Assembly (NCBI GenBank): GCA_963770745.1
Contig: CAVYRA010000017.1
Span: forward strand, 129,642 to 193,641
Length of the DNA stretch: 64,000 nt
DNA from: an uncultured Rikenellaceae bacterium
GTDB lineage: Bacteria > Bacteroidota > Bacteroidia > Bacteroidales > VadinHA17
Reading direction: 5' to 3'
The notes under the pieces were generated by a model that saw only the letters and a list, made by a program, of their open reading frames with translations, did no database searches and was not told where the DNA came from. This document shows, piece after piece, positions 1 to 8,789 of the stretch (positions are counted from its first letter, which is position 1; each line of letters begins with the position of its first letter). The translations under genes and the position numbers were made by a program.

Positions 1-732
1 ACTGAGTATATCCCTGAGGATTGTCGTGGTGCGGTTCATCTCACCCAGCAGCAATCGAGGCTGCTTGGTTTCCTTGCGTATTGAACCGAACGCCGTCTCC
101 CAACGGTTTAAAAGCTCCCTTAGCTCTGCATCGAGGGCTGCAACTTTCTTCCCCTCGGCCACGGTACGTACAATGACGCCGTAGTTTTTGGGTTTAATGC
201 TCTGGATGAGCAGTTTGAGTCGGTTGCGTTCATCGGGGTTCTCAATCTTCGATGAGACTGAGACCTTGTCTCCGAATGGCATCAGCACCAGGTTTCTCCC
301 TGCGATGCTTACTTCCGATGCCAGTCTCGGTCCCTTGGTGGAGATGGGTTCCTTTGTTATCTGCACAATAACCGTCTGTCCTGAAGTCAGGACGTCGGAT
401 ATCTTCCCTTCTTTATCGATGTCAGGTTCAGGCTTGAACTTGGCCATCGGTATCTTTTGCTTGCCCTGTATTGCCTGGGCATAGTATCGGTGAAGGGTCC
501 TGAACTGGGCTCCCAGATCAAGATAGTGCAGGAAAGCATCTTTTTCGAAACCTACATTGATAAACGCTGCATTCAGTCCCGGCATTATCTTTTTTACCTT
601 CCCCAGGTAGATGTCGCCGACAGAGAATTTTACATTCCGCTTTTCCTTATTTAACTCGACAAGTTGCTTATCCTCAAGAAGTGCTATGGATATCTCAGAA
701 TCGCTGACGCTGATAATTAAATCCTTACTCAC
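1..732 (-). CDS. rng: Rne/Rng-family ribonuclease (RNase G/E), N-terminal 244 codons; the rest lies beyond the window edge
   Basis: Own translation of the minus strand from GTG at 730-732: VSKDLIISVSDSEISIALLEDKQLVELNKEKRNVKFSVGDIYLGKVKKIMPGLNAAFINVGFEKDAFLHYLD...ITKEPISTKGPRLASEVSIAGRNLVLMPF...GVIVRTVAEG. This is an S1 domain plus RNase E/G core motifs. The frame is open to position 1, and the ORF is absent from the track because no stop lies in the window. Confidence 0.8.
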   Translation of the reverse strand, partial: MSKDLIISVSDSEISIALLEDKQLVELNKEKRNVKFSVGDIYLGKVKKIMPGLNAAFINVGFEKDAFLHYLDLGAQFRTLHRYYAQAIQGKQKIPMAKFKPEPDIDKEGKISDVLTSGQTVIVQITKEPISTKGPRLASEVSIAGRNLVLMPFGDKVSVSSKIENPDERNRLKLLIQSIKPKNYGVIVRTVAEGKKVAALDAELRELLNRWETAFGSIRKETKQPRLLLGEMNRTTTILRDILS

Positions 733-778
733 ATTCCGGAATTTGTTAATTCGCTTATAGTCCTTTTCTAAATGCAAC

Positions 779-808
779 TAACCTAAAAATCAGAGGATCT
801 TTAGGTTA
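779..808 (-). terminator. Weak hairpin downstream of the HU/bS22-like genes
   Basis: taacctaaa (779-787) pairs with tttaggtta (800-808) across a 12-nt loop. There is no clear U-tract on the minus strand. Confidence 0.25.
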
Positions 809-837
809 GGTGTAAGATACAGACTATGCATTATATG

Positions 838-930
838 CTATTTCTTCTTCTTATGCCTGTCTTTCCGCAAGCGCTTTTTACGCTTGTGGGTAGCCATCTT
901 ATGCCTTTTTCTCTTCTTTCCGCTCGGCAT
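838..930 (-). CDS. 30-aa highly basic peptide, bS22-like small ribosomal protein candidate
   Basis: Own translation: ATG at 928-930, TAG at 838-840, giving MPSGKKRKRHKMATHKRKKRLRKDRHKKKK. It is below the ORF-track size cut-off and lies 5 nt downstream of the HU gene. The KRxKRxKMxxHKxxKRLR pattern resembles bS22/mS38 (AURKAIP1/Cox24) peptides as I remember them. Confidence 0.55.
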   Translation of the reverse strand: MPSGKKRKRHKMATHKRKKRLRKDRHKKKK

Positions 931-935
931 TTTGC

Positions 936-1223
936 TTACTTCTTAACGTGAGATTTGACTTTGTTTATAAAGGTCTTTGCCGGTTTGAATGCCGGGATGT
1001 TGTGTGCAGGAATGATAATGGTGGTATTCTTTGAGATGTTCCTGGCTGTTTTCTTTGCACGTTTTTTCACAATAAAACTGCCGAAACCCCTGAGATAAAC
1101 ATTATTGCCGGCAACCATGGAGTCTTTCAATGATTCCATAAAAGCCTCTACCGTCTTCTGAACGGTCACTTTTTCAATTCCAGTGTTCTTGGCAATTTCG
1201 TTAACAATGTCTGCTTTTGTCAT
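936..1223 (-). CDS. hup: HU-family DNA-binding protein
   Basis: 95 aa. MTKADIVNEIAKNTGIEK...LRGFGSFIVKKRAKKTARNISKNTTIIIPAHNIPAFKPAK is the typical HU/IHF fold signature. Confidence 0.92.
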   Translation of the reverse strand: MTKADIVNEIAKNTGIEKVTVQKTVEAFMESLKDSMVAGNNVYLRGFGSFIVKKRAKKTARNISKNTTIIIPAHNIPAFKPAKTFINKVKSHVKK

Positions 1224-1277
1224 TTTGCAAGAATTTTAAATTCAACAAATTATTTTGGTGTCTGTTTTTTCAATGTG

Positions 1278-1285
1278 CAAATATA
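1278..1285 (-). promoter_or_regulatory. Candidate Bacteroidota -7 box (TATATTTG) for hup
   Basis: The plus strand reads caaatata, which is minus-strand TATATTTG and matches TAnnTTTG. It lies ~55 nt upstream of the hup start. No convincing -33 TTTG was found. Confidence 0.3.
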
Positions 1286-1496
1286 AAATATTATTTGTCA
1301 ATTACAGTTGATAAAACTTTTTTTTCGCTCCGAATACTCTGATTTTTTGATACCTATAAAATATATGCGTCATCAGGGCCTCTTTTTGACCCGGCTGACA
1401 GGCGCCATTCCATGGGCTGATAACTCCCCCTGACCCTCTCAGCATTTTTTTTTGTAACTTTACATCCTTCATATAACCGAAATTTATTTTAAAGTT

Positions 1497-1964
1497 ATGT
1501 CGTTCAATAAAGTAATACTGGTAGGAAACGTCGGCAAGGATCCCGATATCCGGCGTTTTGAAAACAACATCAAGGCATCGTTTTCCCTTGCCACAAGTGA
1601 AACCTATACTCCCAAAGGAGGCGACAAGGTGACACAGACCGAATGGCACAATATTGTGGCATGGAGAAGGCTTGCCGAGCTTGCTGAGAATTATATCCGC
1701 AAGGGCTCGCAGATACTTATTGAGGGCAAGCTGCGCTACCGTTCCTATGACGACCGTGACGGGAATAAGAGATATGTCGTTGAGGTTGAGGCTGACGTGA
1801 TACAGCTTCTCGGACGAAAACCCGATGGTCAGAGTCAGCCGGGCCAGGGTACGCAGAACAGTAACGGAAGCTATGCTCCTCCCCCTCAATCATCATCGGA
1901 TCAGGGCGGCAGCATAAGCGAAGACCTCACAACGCGCGACACTGCGGATGATCTGCCTTTCTAG
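1497..1964 (+). CDS. ssb: Single-stranded DNA-binding protein
   Basis: 155 aa. MSFNKVILVGNVGKDPDIR... is an OB fold, followed by a Gly/Ser/Gln-rich linker and the acidic tail ...DDLPF. Confidence 0.95.
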   Translation: MSFNKVILVGNVGKDPDIRRFENNIKASFSLATSETYTPKGGDKVTQTEWHNIVAWRRLAELAENYIRKGSQILIEGKLRYRSYDDRDGNKRYVVEVEADVIQLLGRKPDGQSQPGQGTQNSNGSYAPPPQSSSDQGGSISEDLTTRDTADDLPF

Positions 1965-1983
1965 CTAACCAAACGTTTGGATT

Positions 1984-3312
1984 TTGGAGACACTGATTTC
2001 AGGTTCCCTTTCAGGGTTTTTAGCACTTGAGGCAATAACTGGTACTCCGGTTACCCTGGTCACGGAATTTATCATCCTTGTCTTCCTTATAATAGCTTCA
2101 GCATCGATCTCGGGGTCTGAGGTGGCATATTTTTCTCTCACCCCCGGTGACCTGGAAAAACTGCAGAAAGGCAAGGCAAAGCATTCCGCAACGGTGATCA
2201 GACTTCTGTCAAAACCTGACCGCCTGCTGAGCACGATACTTGTCGCCAACAACACCATTAACATAGCCATCATCATTCTGGCAGCCTTCATCAGCTCGAG
2301 GCTGTTTGACCTGGGCAACAACCCTATCCTCGCCTTTATTATCCAGGTAGTAGCCATCACCTTCATTCTTCTGCTCTTCTGCGAAGTGATGCCCAAGGTT
2401 CTTGCATCACGCTACCAGCTGAAGTTTGCACTCAGGATAGCTCCTGCCCTGACGATCACAACAAGAATATTCAAGCCGCTTGCATCGTTGCTCTCATACT
2501 CATCTTTCTTTGTTAAGAAGAGATCCGGGTCCAGAGACGGTAATATCAGCATAGACGACCTCTCTGTTGCCATTGATCTTACCTCGTCGGAGATAAGGGA
2601 TGACAAAGACCTGCTTAAGGGGGTGGTGCGGTTCGGGAACATCAATGTCAGTGCCATTATGTGCCCCAGGATGGATGTGACGGCTCTGGACATAAAAAGA
2701 GGTTTCCATTCAATAATGCCCGAAGTGGTCGAATCGGGATTCTCAAGGATACCGGCATATGCGGGTTCATTTGACGATGTCAGGGGGATACTCTTCGTCA
2801 AAGACCTCCTGCCGCACCTCGGCAAGCCGGACACTTTCCGGTGGCAGTCGCTGATAAGGCCTCCTTACGTGGTTCCGGAGACAAAAAAGATAAGTGAGCT
2901 GCTGAAGGAGTTCCAGGCAAAAAAGATACACATGGCCATCGTTGTCGACGAATACGGGGGCACCAGCGGCCTGGTTACCCTTGAGGATGTGCTGGAGGAG
3001 ATAGTGGGAGAGATCACCGATGAGACTGACGAGGATATTCCTCTTTTCAGGGAGACGGGTGAGGGAAGCTGGGTCTTTGACGGGAAGATCCTTCTCAACG
3101 ACTTCTACCGTATTATCGGTACGGATAACGATCCGTTTGAAGACATCAGGGGTGACTCTGAGACCCTTGCCGGCCTGTTGCTGGAGCTCCTTGAAGAGAT
3201 ACCTTCAAAAGGAAGGGTGATCTCCACGGGAGGATTTAAGTTCACCATTGACAGTGTTGAGAACAGGCGGATAAGGGAGATAACCGTTGAAAAGAAAGGG
3301 GAAGTTTTATGA
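1984..3312 (+). CDS. gldE: GldE-type DUF21-CBS-CorC/HlyC membrane protein (gliding-motility associated)
   Basis: 442 aa with N-terminal TM helices (DUF21), a CBS pair and a CorC_HlyC C-terminus. The ssb-gldE-gldD synteny is typical of Bacteroidota. The start is TTG at 1984, and no in-frame ATG or GTG lies upstream after the stop at 1966-1968. Confidence 0.8.
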   Translation: METLISGSLSGFLALEAITGTPVTLVTEFIILVFLIIASASISGSEVAYFSLTPGDLEKLQKGKAKHSATVIRLLSKPDRLLSTILVANNTINIAIIILAAFISSRLFDLGNNPILAFIIQVVAITFILLLFCEVMPKVLASRYQLKFALRIAPALTITTRIFKPLASLLSYSSFFVKKRSGSRDGNISIDDLSVAIDLTSSEIRDDKDLLKGVVRFGNINVSAIMCPRMDVTALDIKRGFHSIMPEVVESGFSRIPAYAGSFDDVRGILFVKDLLPHLGKPDTFRWQSLIRPPYVVPETKKISELLKEFQAKKIHMAIVVDEYGGTSGLVTLEDVLEEIVGEITDETDEDIPLFRETGEGSWVFDGKILLNDFYRIIGTDNDPFEDIRGDSETLAGLLLELLEEIPSKGRVISTGGFKFTIDSVENRRIREITVEKKGEVL

Positions 3313-3881
3313 GACAACTCATTACTCTGCTGCTGCTGACGGCAGCTCTGGTGCCGACAGGCTGCAGGCAGCCCGCCGTGCCCAGACCGGCAGGCTATTT
3401 CAGGATAGAGCTTCCGGAGAAGAGCTATATTCATTATGAGACCCCCTGCGCCTATTCAATTGAATACCCGGCTTATGGCAGGATCAACCTGAGGCCCGCG
3501 GCAGCCACCGACACATGCTGGATGGACATCGAACTTCCCTCCTTCAGGGCCATGATACACCTTACCTACTTTAATCTCGACGGTAACCTGGCATCGCTCA
3601 CCGAGATGTCACGCGAGCTCGCCTACAAGCATACCATCAGGGCTGATGCAATAGATGAGAAGTTATGGGCAGACGACTCCTCACATGTCTACGGCATACT
3701 CTACGACCTGAAAGGCAATACCGCTTCATCTGTGCAGTTCTTCGTTACAGACAGCACCAGGCATTACCTCCGTGGCTCACTCTATTTCATGGCCCAGCCC
3801 AATGAAGACTCCCTGATGCCGGTTATCAGGTTTATTAGGGAAGACATCATTCACCTGATAGAGACCCTGAACTGGAGATAA
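3309..3881 (+). CDS. gldD: Gliding motility lipoprotein GldD
   Basis: 190 aa with lipoprotein signal LLLLTAALVPTGC. It overlaps the gldE stop by 4 nt. The size and conserved stretches (QFFVTDSTRHYLRGSLYF, PNEDSL) match GldD as I remember it. Confidence 0.75.
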   Translation: MRQLITLLLLTAALVPTGCRQPAVPRPAGYFRIELPEKSYIHYETPCAYSIEYPAYGRINLRPAAATDTCWMDIELPSFRAMIHLTYFNLDGNLASLTEMSRELAYKHTIRADAIDEKLWADDSSHVYGILYDLKGNTASSVQFFVTDSTRHYLRGSLYFMAQPNEDSLMPVIRFIREDIIHLIETLNWR

Positions 3882-3884
3882 ACC

Positions 3885-4529
3885 ATGTCCTGCATAACAA
3901 AACACTATCTCAATAAGGATACGGTCATCGGCGTATGGAAGATCGAAGAGGATCTGCCAACCCTCCTTGAGATGGTTGATATGGGCCCGGAGGACCATAG
4001 GAGATATGAAATCTTCCGGAGCACCTCGCGTAAGATGGAGTTCCTGAGCGTGAGAGCCCTGCTGGCCGAAATGATGGACAGGGATGCAAGGATAGTATAT
4101 AACAAGAATAACAAACCGTTTATCAAGGACGGATCACATTTCATCAGCATAACACATTCGAACAAGCTTACAGCCATTCTCATAAGCAGGAATGAGCGTG
4201 TAGGTATTGATCTGGAGTATATGCGATTGAATATCAATGCCTTTGCATCAAAGTTCCTGAATAAAAGAGAGAAGATCACCCGCCGCTGGGCTGACCGCAC
4301 ATACCATCTCTATATCCACTGGTGCGCCAAGGAGGCGATGTACAAGATCTGCGACAAGGAGGGTATCAACATTGTCAATGATATCTCCATTGAGCCCTTT
4401 GAAGTACGGGAGTCGGGAGAGATCAGGGGCAGCGTAAAAAATGAGAGGATTGATGACCAGTTCACTCTCTACTACTCGAAATACGATAACTACACCATCG
4501 TCTGGACAAGGAAGAAGAATGAGAGTTGA
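3885..4529 (+). CDS. 4'-phosphopantetheinyl transferase superfamily protein (Sfp-type)
   Basis: 214 aa with the motifs VGIDLEYM and WCAKEAMYK (PPTase motifs 2 and 3). Confidence 0.8.
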   Translation: MSCITKHYLNKDTVIGVWKIEEDLPTLLEMVDMGPEDHRRYEIFRSTSRKMEFLSVRALLAEMMDRDARIVYNKNNKPFIKDGSHFISITHSNKLTAILISRNERVGIDLEYMRLNINAFASKFLNKREKITRRWADRTYHLYIHWCAKEAMYKICDKEGINIVNDISIEPFEVRESGEIRGSVKNERIDDQFTLYYSKYDNYTIVWTRKKNES

Positions 4530-5259
4530 TATCCCCTGCAGGAAGCGGAAGGTTGTGGCGCAACTCATTGACCCTGACAGGGCGGAAGATGAGTCACTGA
4601 TAATGACAGCCCGGCAAGCTGAAGAGGCGAAGGTCGACCTGTTTCTTACCGGGGGCAGCCTGACACATGTGCCTGTTGACGGGGTGATCAGGAGACTGAA
4701 ACAGCTCTCCGCCATACCCGTCATCCTTTTCCCCGGCAACCTCACACAGCTTAACGCCGAGGCAGATGCCATCCTTATGCTCTCACTCATCAGCGGACGC
4801 AACCCTGATCTGCTTATCGGCAATCATGTCATCGCCGCCCCTTTCCTGAAACAGGTGCGAGACAGAATCATACCCGTGGGATATATACTTGTTGATTGCG
4901 GCGGAGGCACCTCGGTGGGGTACATGAGCCAGACCGCTCCTGTACCCTACTCCAAGCATGATATCGCCGTGGCAACAGCCCTTGCAGGCGAGATGCTGGG
5001 CATGCATGCAATCTATCTGGAAGGTGGCAGCGGCGCCGCCAGGCCCGTTGACCCGGCAATGATCAGTGCGGTGAGAGAGGAGATAACAATACCCCTCATC
5101 ACCGGCGGAGGGCTCGATTCAGCGCTGAAGGTCGATGAGGCGTTCGCGGCAGGTGCAGATATGGTTGTGATCGGAAACGGTTGCGAACAGAACCCGCTTC
5201 TGATAGCTGAGGCCTGCCGTGTCAGGGACAACTACAACAGGAATCTGCTGAGCGCCTGA
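4519..5259 (+). CDS. Geranylgeranylglyceryl/heptaprenylglyceryl phosphate synthase family protein (PcrB/GGGPS)
   Basis: The in-frame ATG at 4519 (MRVDIPCRK...) overlaps the PPTase stop by 11 nt. It has (beta/alpha)8 GGGPS signatures: LIDPDR, LFLTGGS, PVILFPGN, LISGRNPDLLIG, AIYLEGGSGA, PLITGGGL, GADMVVIGN. Confidence 0.8.
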   Translation: MRVDIPCRKRKVVAQLIDPDRAEDESLIMTARQAEEAKVDLFLTGGSLTHVPVDGVIRRLKQLSAIPVILFPGNLTQLNAEADAILMLSLISGRNPDLLIGNHVIAAPFLKQVRDRIIPVGYILVDCGGGTSVGYMSQTAPVPYSKHDIAVATALAGEMLGMHAIYLEGGSGAARPVDPAMISAVREEITIPLITGGGLDSALKVDEAFAAGADMVVIGNGCEQNPLLIAEACRVRDNYNRNLLSA

Positions 5260-5329
5260 TAGCCGTTGCAATGAAAAAATGTCCGGAAATTTCACCGGAA
5301 AAGCTACCTGTATAAGCTTCCCGCAGAAA

Positions 5330-6979
5330 CTACCTGAACAGCTCGTGCAGCGGATCGCCGCTGGCAGCATTCGGCAGGGGAATCCTGCACAGAACCGAGA
5401 GGGTAACGGCAATATCCCTGGTGTTGACACTGCGCGTTACGGAGGCCCTGCTTGCCGTCCACCCGTACCAGATCAGGGGCACATGACTGTCATACTCATA
5501 GGGCGAGTTATGACCGGTGACATTGTCAGTCTTTTCGACCCATCCCGGGTTAAGGGCAATCATCACATCACCCGATCTCTGCTGGCTGAAATTGTTGTTC
5601 ATCTTGAGGAGCAGGCCGCCTGAGAAATTACTCATCTCGAAGGCTGAGGTGGGTACCGCCGCGGCTATGCCCGAGAACTGCACCATGAAGCGCGACACCC
5701 TCTTCTGTATATCTTCAAGGCTTATTTTTGCATCTTCGATAAGCCCCCTGTTCAGGAAGATCTGGTTGTCAAAGAACCCCTTCACCCAGTCGCCCTGTCC
5801 ATAGATGGCGTTCAGGTAGCTGCGAAGCAACTGCAGCGACTGGTTAAGTTTGAAATAACCGGAAGGCACCCTGCTCTTCTCAAGCACTGCAGGTATCTCC
5901 GATACTCCGTGAGCCGAGACAAAATAGACGAGGACATTTCTCTTGCCAAGTGATTTGTCAATCCTGTCAAGCAGCAGGCCGATGTTCCTGTCAAGCCTCA
6001 CCAGGGCATCGGCAGCCTCCACTGACGAGGGCCCGAAACGATGCCCGATGTAATCGGTGGCTGAATAAGTAATTGCCAGGTAATCAGTTATATCATCCTG
6101 CCCAAGCTGTTCATTCTCTATCAGCCTGAGGGCCAGCTCGGTGGTGAAGTCGTCGGCAAACGGTGTCTCACGCAGCACCGAATAATCCCTTGTTGTATTC
6201 AGGAGCTTGCCCTTGGTGGAGAGCGCCTTCAGGTCATAGGGAAACCATGTCTGTCCGTTAAATCCTCTCTCGAAGATGCTGGAGTCAGACTGGCAACAGG
6301 GGTAGAGTGAAGGGTCCATAAGCGGTTGCCAGGGTTGGTTCATATACTGTCCGGGGAGAAGCATGGCGTTGAGGTCCATCAGCCATGGGGGAAGGGTCTG
6401 CATGTAGTAGTTACTGCTCATCCAGGTGCCGGTGCGGTCATCATACCAGAAAGAGCCGTCAGCAGCATGACCAGCGGTAATTATGGCTCCCATCTCCTTA
6501 ATCCCGATGCCGTAAACCTTTGATCCACCGCAGGCAGCCATATGCAGTTCATCGGCAAATGTTGACGCCAGCAGGTTTGCGGGAGAGTACAACCCTGTCT
6601 CAAAACTGCCTCCTATAGCGCTGGCCCCGGGGTCCTGGACACAGAAGATCATCTGGTCATTGAACGGATGGAACCAGGTGTCTGAGGTGATGCCGTGAGA
6701 TGAAGGGGAGGCCCCGGTGGATATGGTGGCGAATCCCGGTGCAGCCTGTGTTGAGATGTAGTCAAGCGAGACATTTCGGTAATAGGTGCCCTCGCTGACC
6801 ATCCTTTTGAGACCCTTGTCAGGAAGGATGCCCCAGATGCTCTCGAGCTGGCTGTAACGAAGCTGCTCAACAATGATGCCGATGACCAGCTTCGGCTTAT
6901 CCGGAGGGATGTAGGCCGATTGTCCGACAGTAACAGATGACATCAGAATGAGATATAATGCTGTGAACAGTTGTTTCAT
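5330..6979 (-). CDS. Alkaline-phosphatase superfamily phosphatase/phosphodiesterase (PafA/NPP-like), secreted
   Basis: The ATG at 6977-6979 gives MKQLFTALYLILMSSVTVGQSAY (signal peptide). FATISTGASPSSHGITSD and the SAHG region are typical of type I phosphodiesterase/nucleotide pyrophosphatase. The track's upstream start at 7006 is TTG. Confidence 0.8.
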   Translation of the reverse strand: MKQLFTALYLILMSSVTVGQSAYIPPDKPKLVIGIIVEQLRYSQLESIWGILPDKGLKRMVSEGTYYRNVSLDYISTQAAPGFATISTGASPSSHGITSDTWFHPFNDQMIFCVQDPGASAIGGSFETGLYSPANLLASTFADELHMAACGGSKVYGIGIKEMGAIITAGHAADGSFWYDDRTGTWMSSNYYMQTLPPWLMDLNAMLLPGQYMNQPWQPLMDPSLYPCCQSDSSIFERGFNGQTWFPYDLKALSTKGKLLNTTRDYSVLRETPFADDFTTELALRLIENEQLGQDDITDYLAITYSATDYIGHRFGPSSVEAADALVRLDRNIGLLLDRIDKSLGKRNVLVYFVSAHGVSEIPAVLEKSRVPSGYFKLNQSLQLLRSYLNAIYGQGDWVKGFFDNQIFLNRGLIEDAKISLEDIQKRVSRFMVQFSGIAAAVPTSAFEMSNFSGGLLLKMNNNFSQQRSGDVMIALNPGWVEKTDNVTGHNSPYEYDSHVPLIWYGWTASRASVTRSVNTRDIAVTLSVLCRIPLPNAASGDPLHELFR

Positions 6980-7074
6980 GATATGGGTATATGTTGTAAG
7001 AACCAAGCCCCAAAAGTATCAGTTTTGGACTTCTGTGCAAGGCGATACTACAAAGATATCAACATGAGGCCACC

Positions 7075-8781
7075 CTATTTTAACCGGGTGATGACGGCTT
7101 TGCCTCGCAACAGGGGTCCGTCGGGCTCTTTCCTGACTGATACTATTAAGAGCCCGGGGGGCATGGCGCTGCAGTCGCAGACCACCGGGATGCCCTGATA
7201 TGCCGTTGTCCGGAAGCTTGTGAGAACAGCACCTGTGGTACCGGTCAGGGTGACAGTAACATCACCCGTTACGGAGGCCGGCAGCATTATGTTCAGTGTG
7301 CCGCCGGAGGGGACAGGCCAGATCAGAAGCCCCGTATCCGGTGGTGCAGGATAGAAATCCCCGGGTTTCTGCAACTGTACATCTTTTGTCTCAAGGGAGT
7401 TCCACCCTTCAAGCACTGCCTCAAATGAATATGAAACATATCCCGGACTTGAGAAGGTGATGGTGTAGGTTCCGGGGGCAATGAACCTGTAGTACTCACC
7501 CGTCAGGGTATCGGAGAAGATGTGTGATGAGTCAATATCATGGTCCTGGATGAATATGCGCGATTTCAGCGGTTCGCCGGTTACCGCGTCGGTGACGGTT
7601 CCCCTGACCCCGCTGAGGGCTTCGGCCATGTAGCGGATCAGTGACCTGTGGTTCCAGTTCCAGAGTGTCTCAAGGTTTGACCCCGGGGTCATCTTGATGT
7701 CATCAATCTCAATGGTAACCTCACGGCCGCCAAGGCCCCATGTGACAAAATCCTGCCTCCCTCCCCTCACTGTATACCACTCCCATCCCCTGGTGACGCC
7801 ATTATCAAGAAACGACAAATAGCCCGGTTCGGAATAAAGATGTACGGTATCAGCATACCGTCTGCTGATATCATTGAACCATTCGTCATCTGCATGCAGC
7901 CTGGTCCATTTGTCCCACGGATAGTTCACCACCTCTGCCCCTGAGTGGAGGTTTACTGAGAGGGAGAATCTCTTTTCCTCAAGGAATGCCATCATATCCA
8001 CAGTCTCCTTCTGCAGCGGAGGCGAAAAGGTTACCTCAGGGTCAGGAAAGTTACGGTTAAGGTCATAACCGTTGCTGTTGGCCCTCACCGGATTTATCAT
8101 CGTGTCATTATCGCGGTACATTCCGTCAGGGTTGGCAAGCGGATTGATCCATATCTCAAGGCCGGCAACAAGATCCGAAACCACTCCTCCGGCAGAGCTC
8201 TCCGAAGCAATGTATTCAGCCAGCCGCATCAGCATTACAAATCCTGCCGGCTCGTCACCGTGGATTGAGGAGCTGAGCATCACCGCAGGCTTCTTCTCAT
8301 CGGAAGCGGGGTTGTCAGATATCTTCAGAGCAAGCACTGCCCTGCCCTGCACGCTGAATCCTATGGTATCAAGCAGGCATACCTCAGGCCAGTGGTCAGC
8401 GATCTTGTGCATAATGGTATCATAGTGCTTCCAGGTGGGGTATGACTGCCACAACATGGCTTCAGCCGCTGAAGATGCGGTGAAGAACCCTTTGCGGGGC
8501 TCTGGCACGATAAGTTTATAATCCCTTCCAGTGGTTATGAAATCCTCAGTGTCAATAAGCGAAAGGCAGAGGACCGCTTCCGTTCCGTTGCAGGAGGTAA
8601 CGGAGAAACGCGCAGCAATCTGTGTCATCAGGTCGAAGCCCGGATAGCTGATAATCACCTCAGCCTGGCCGTACCTCCTGACTGTCTCCCTGATGTCATC
8701 ACCATGCCGGTGTGACTGCCCGTATCCGTCCGGGGTTACTGTCAGGACCAGCAGAACAATTATGGCAGGGAGGCATTTCAC
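7075..8781 (-). CDS. M14-family zinc carboxypeptidase with T9SS C-terminal sorting domain
   Basis: 568 aa with a signal peptide. It carries HGDEPAG (zinc HxxE), NPDG and NRNFP motifs, plus a beta-rich C-terminal ~80 aa ending ...LLIVSVRKEPDGPLLRGKAVITRLK. The start is GTG. Confidence 0.85.
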   Translation of the reverse strand: MKCLPAIIVLLVLTVTPDGYGQSHRHGDDIRETVRRYGQAEVIISYPGFDLMTQIAARFSVTSCNGTEAVLCLSLIDTEDFITTGRDYKLIVPEPRKGFFTASSAAEAMLWQSYPTWKHYDTIMHKIADHWPEVCLLDTIGFSVQGRAVLALKISDNPASDEKKPAVMLSSSIHGDEPAGFVMLMRLAEYIASESSAGGVVSDLVAGLEIWINPLANPDGMYRDNDTMINPVRANSNGYDLNRNFPDPEVTFSPPLQKETVDMMAFLEEKRFSLSVNLHSGAEVVNYPWDKWTRLHADDEWFNDISRRYADTVHLYSEPGYLSFLDNGVTRGWEWYTVRGGRQDFVTWGLGGREVTIEIDDIKMTPGSNLETLWNWNHRSLIRYMAEALSGVRGTVTDAVTGEPLKSRIFIQDHDIDSSHIFSDTLTGEYYRFIAPGTYTITFSSPGYVSYSFEAVLEGWNSLETKDVQLQKPGDFYPAPPDTGLLIWPVPSGGTLNIMLPASVTGDVTVTLTGTTGAVLTSFRTTAYQGIPVVCDCSAMPPGLLIVSVRKEPDGPLLRGKAVITRLK

Positions 8782-8789
8782 CGTCGTTC

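Noticed and set aside
4441-4518. Longer N-terminus for the GGGPS-family gene (track start 4441)
   Set aside because: It would overlap the last 30 codons of the PPTase gene. The ATG at 4519 (MRVDIPCRK...) gives a typical short overlap and a family-like N-terminus.
5279-5623. 114-aa plus-strand ORF after the GGGPS-family gene
   Set aside because: It is mostly antisense to the 3' end of the PafA-like phosphatase gene and has no recognisable motif.
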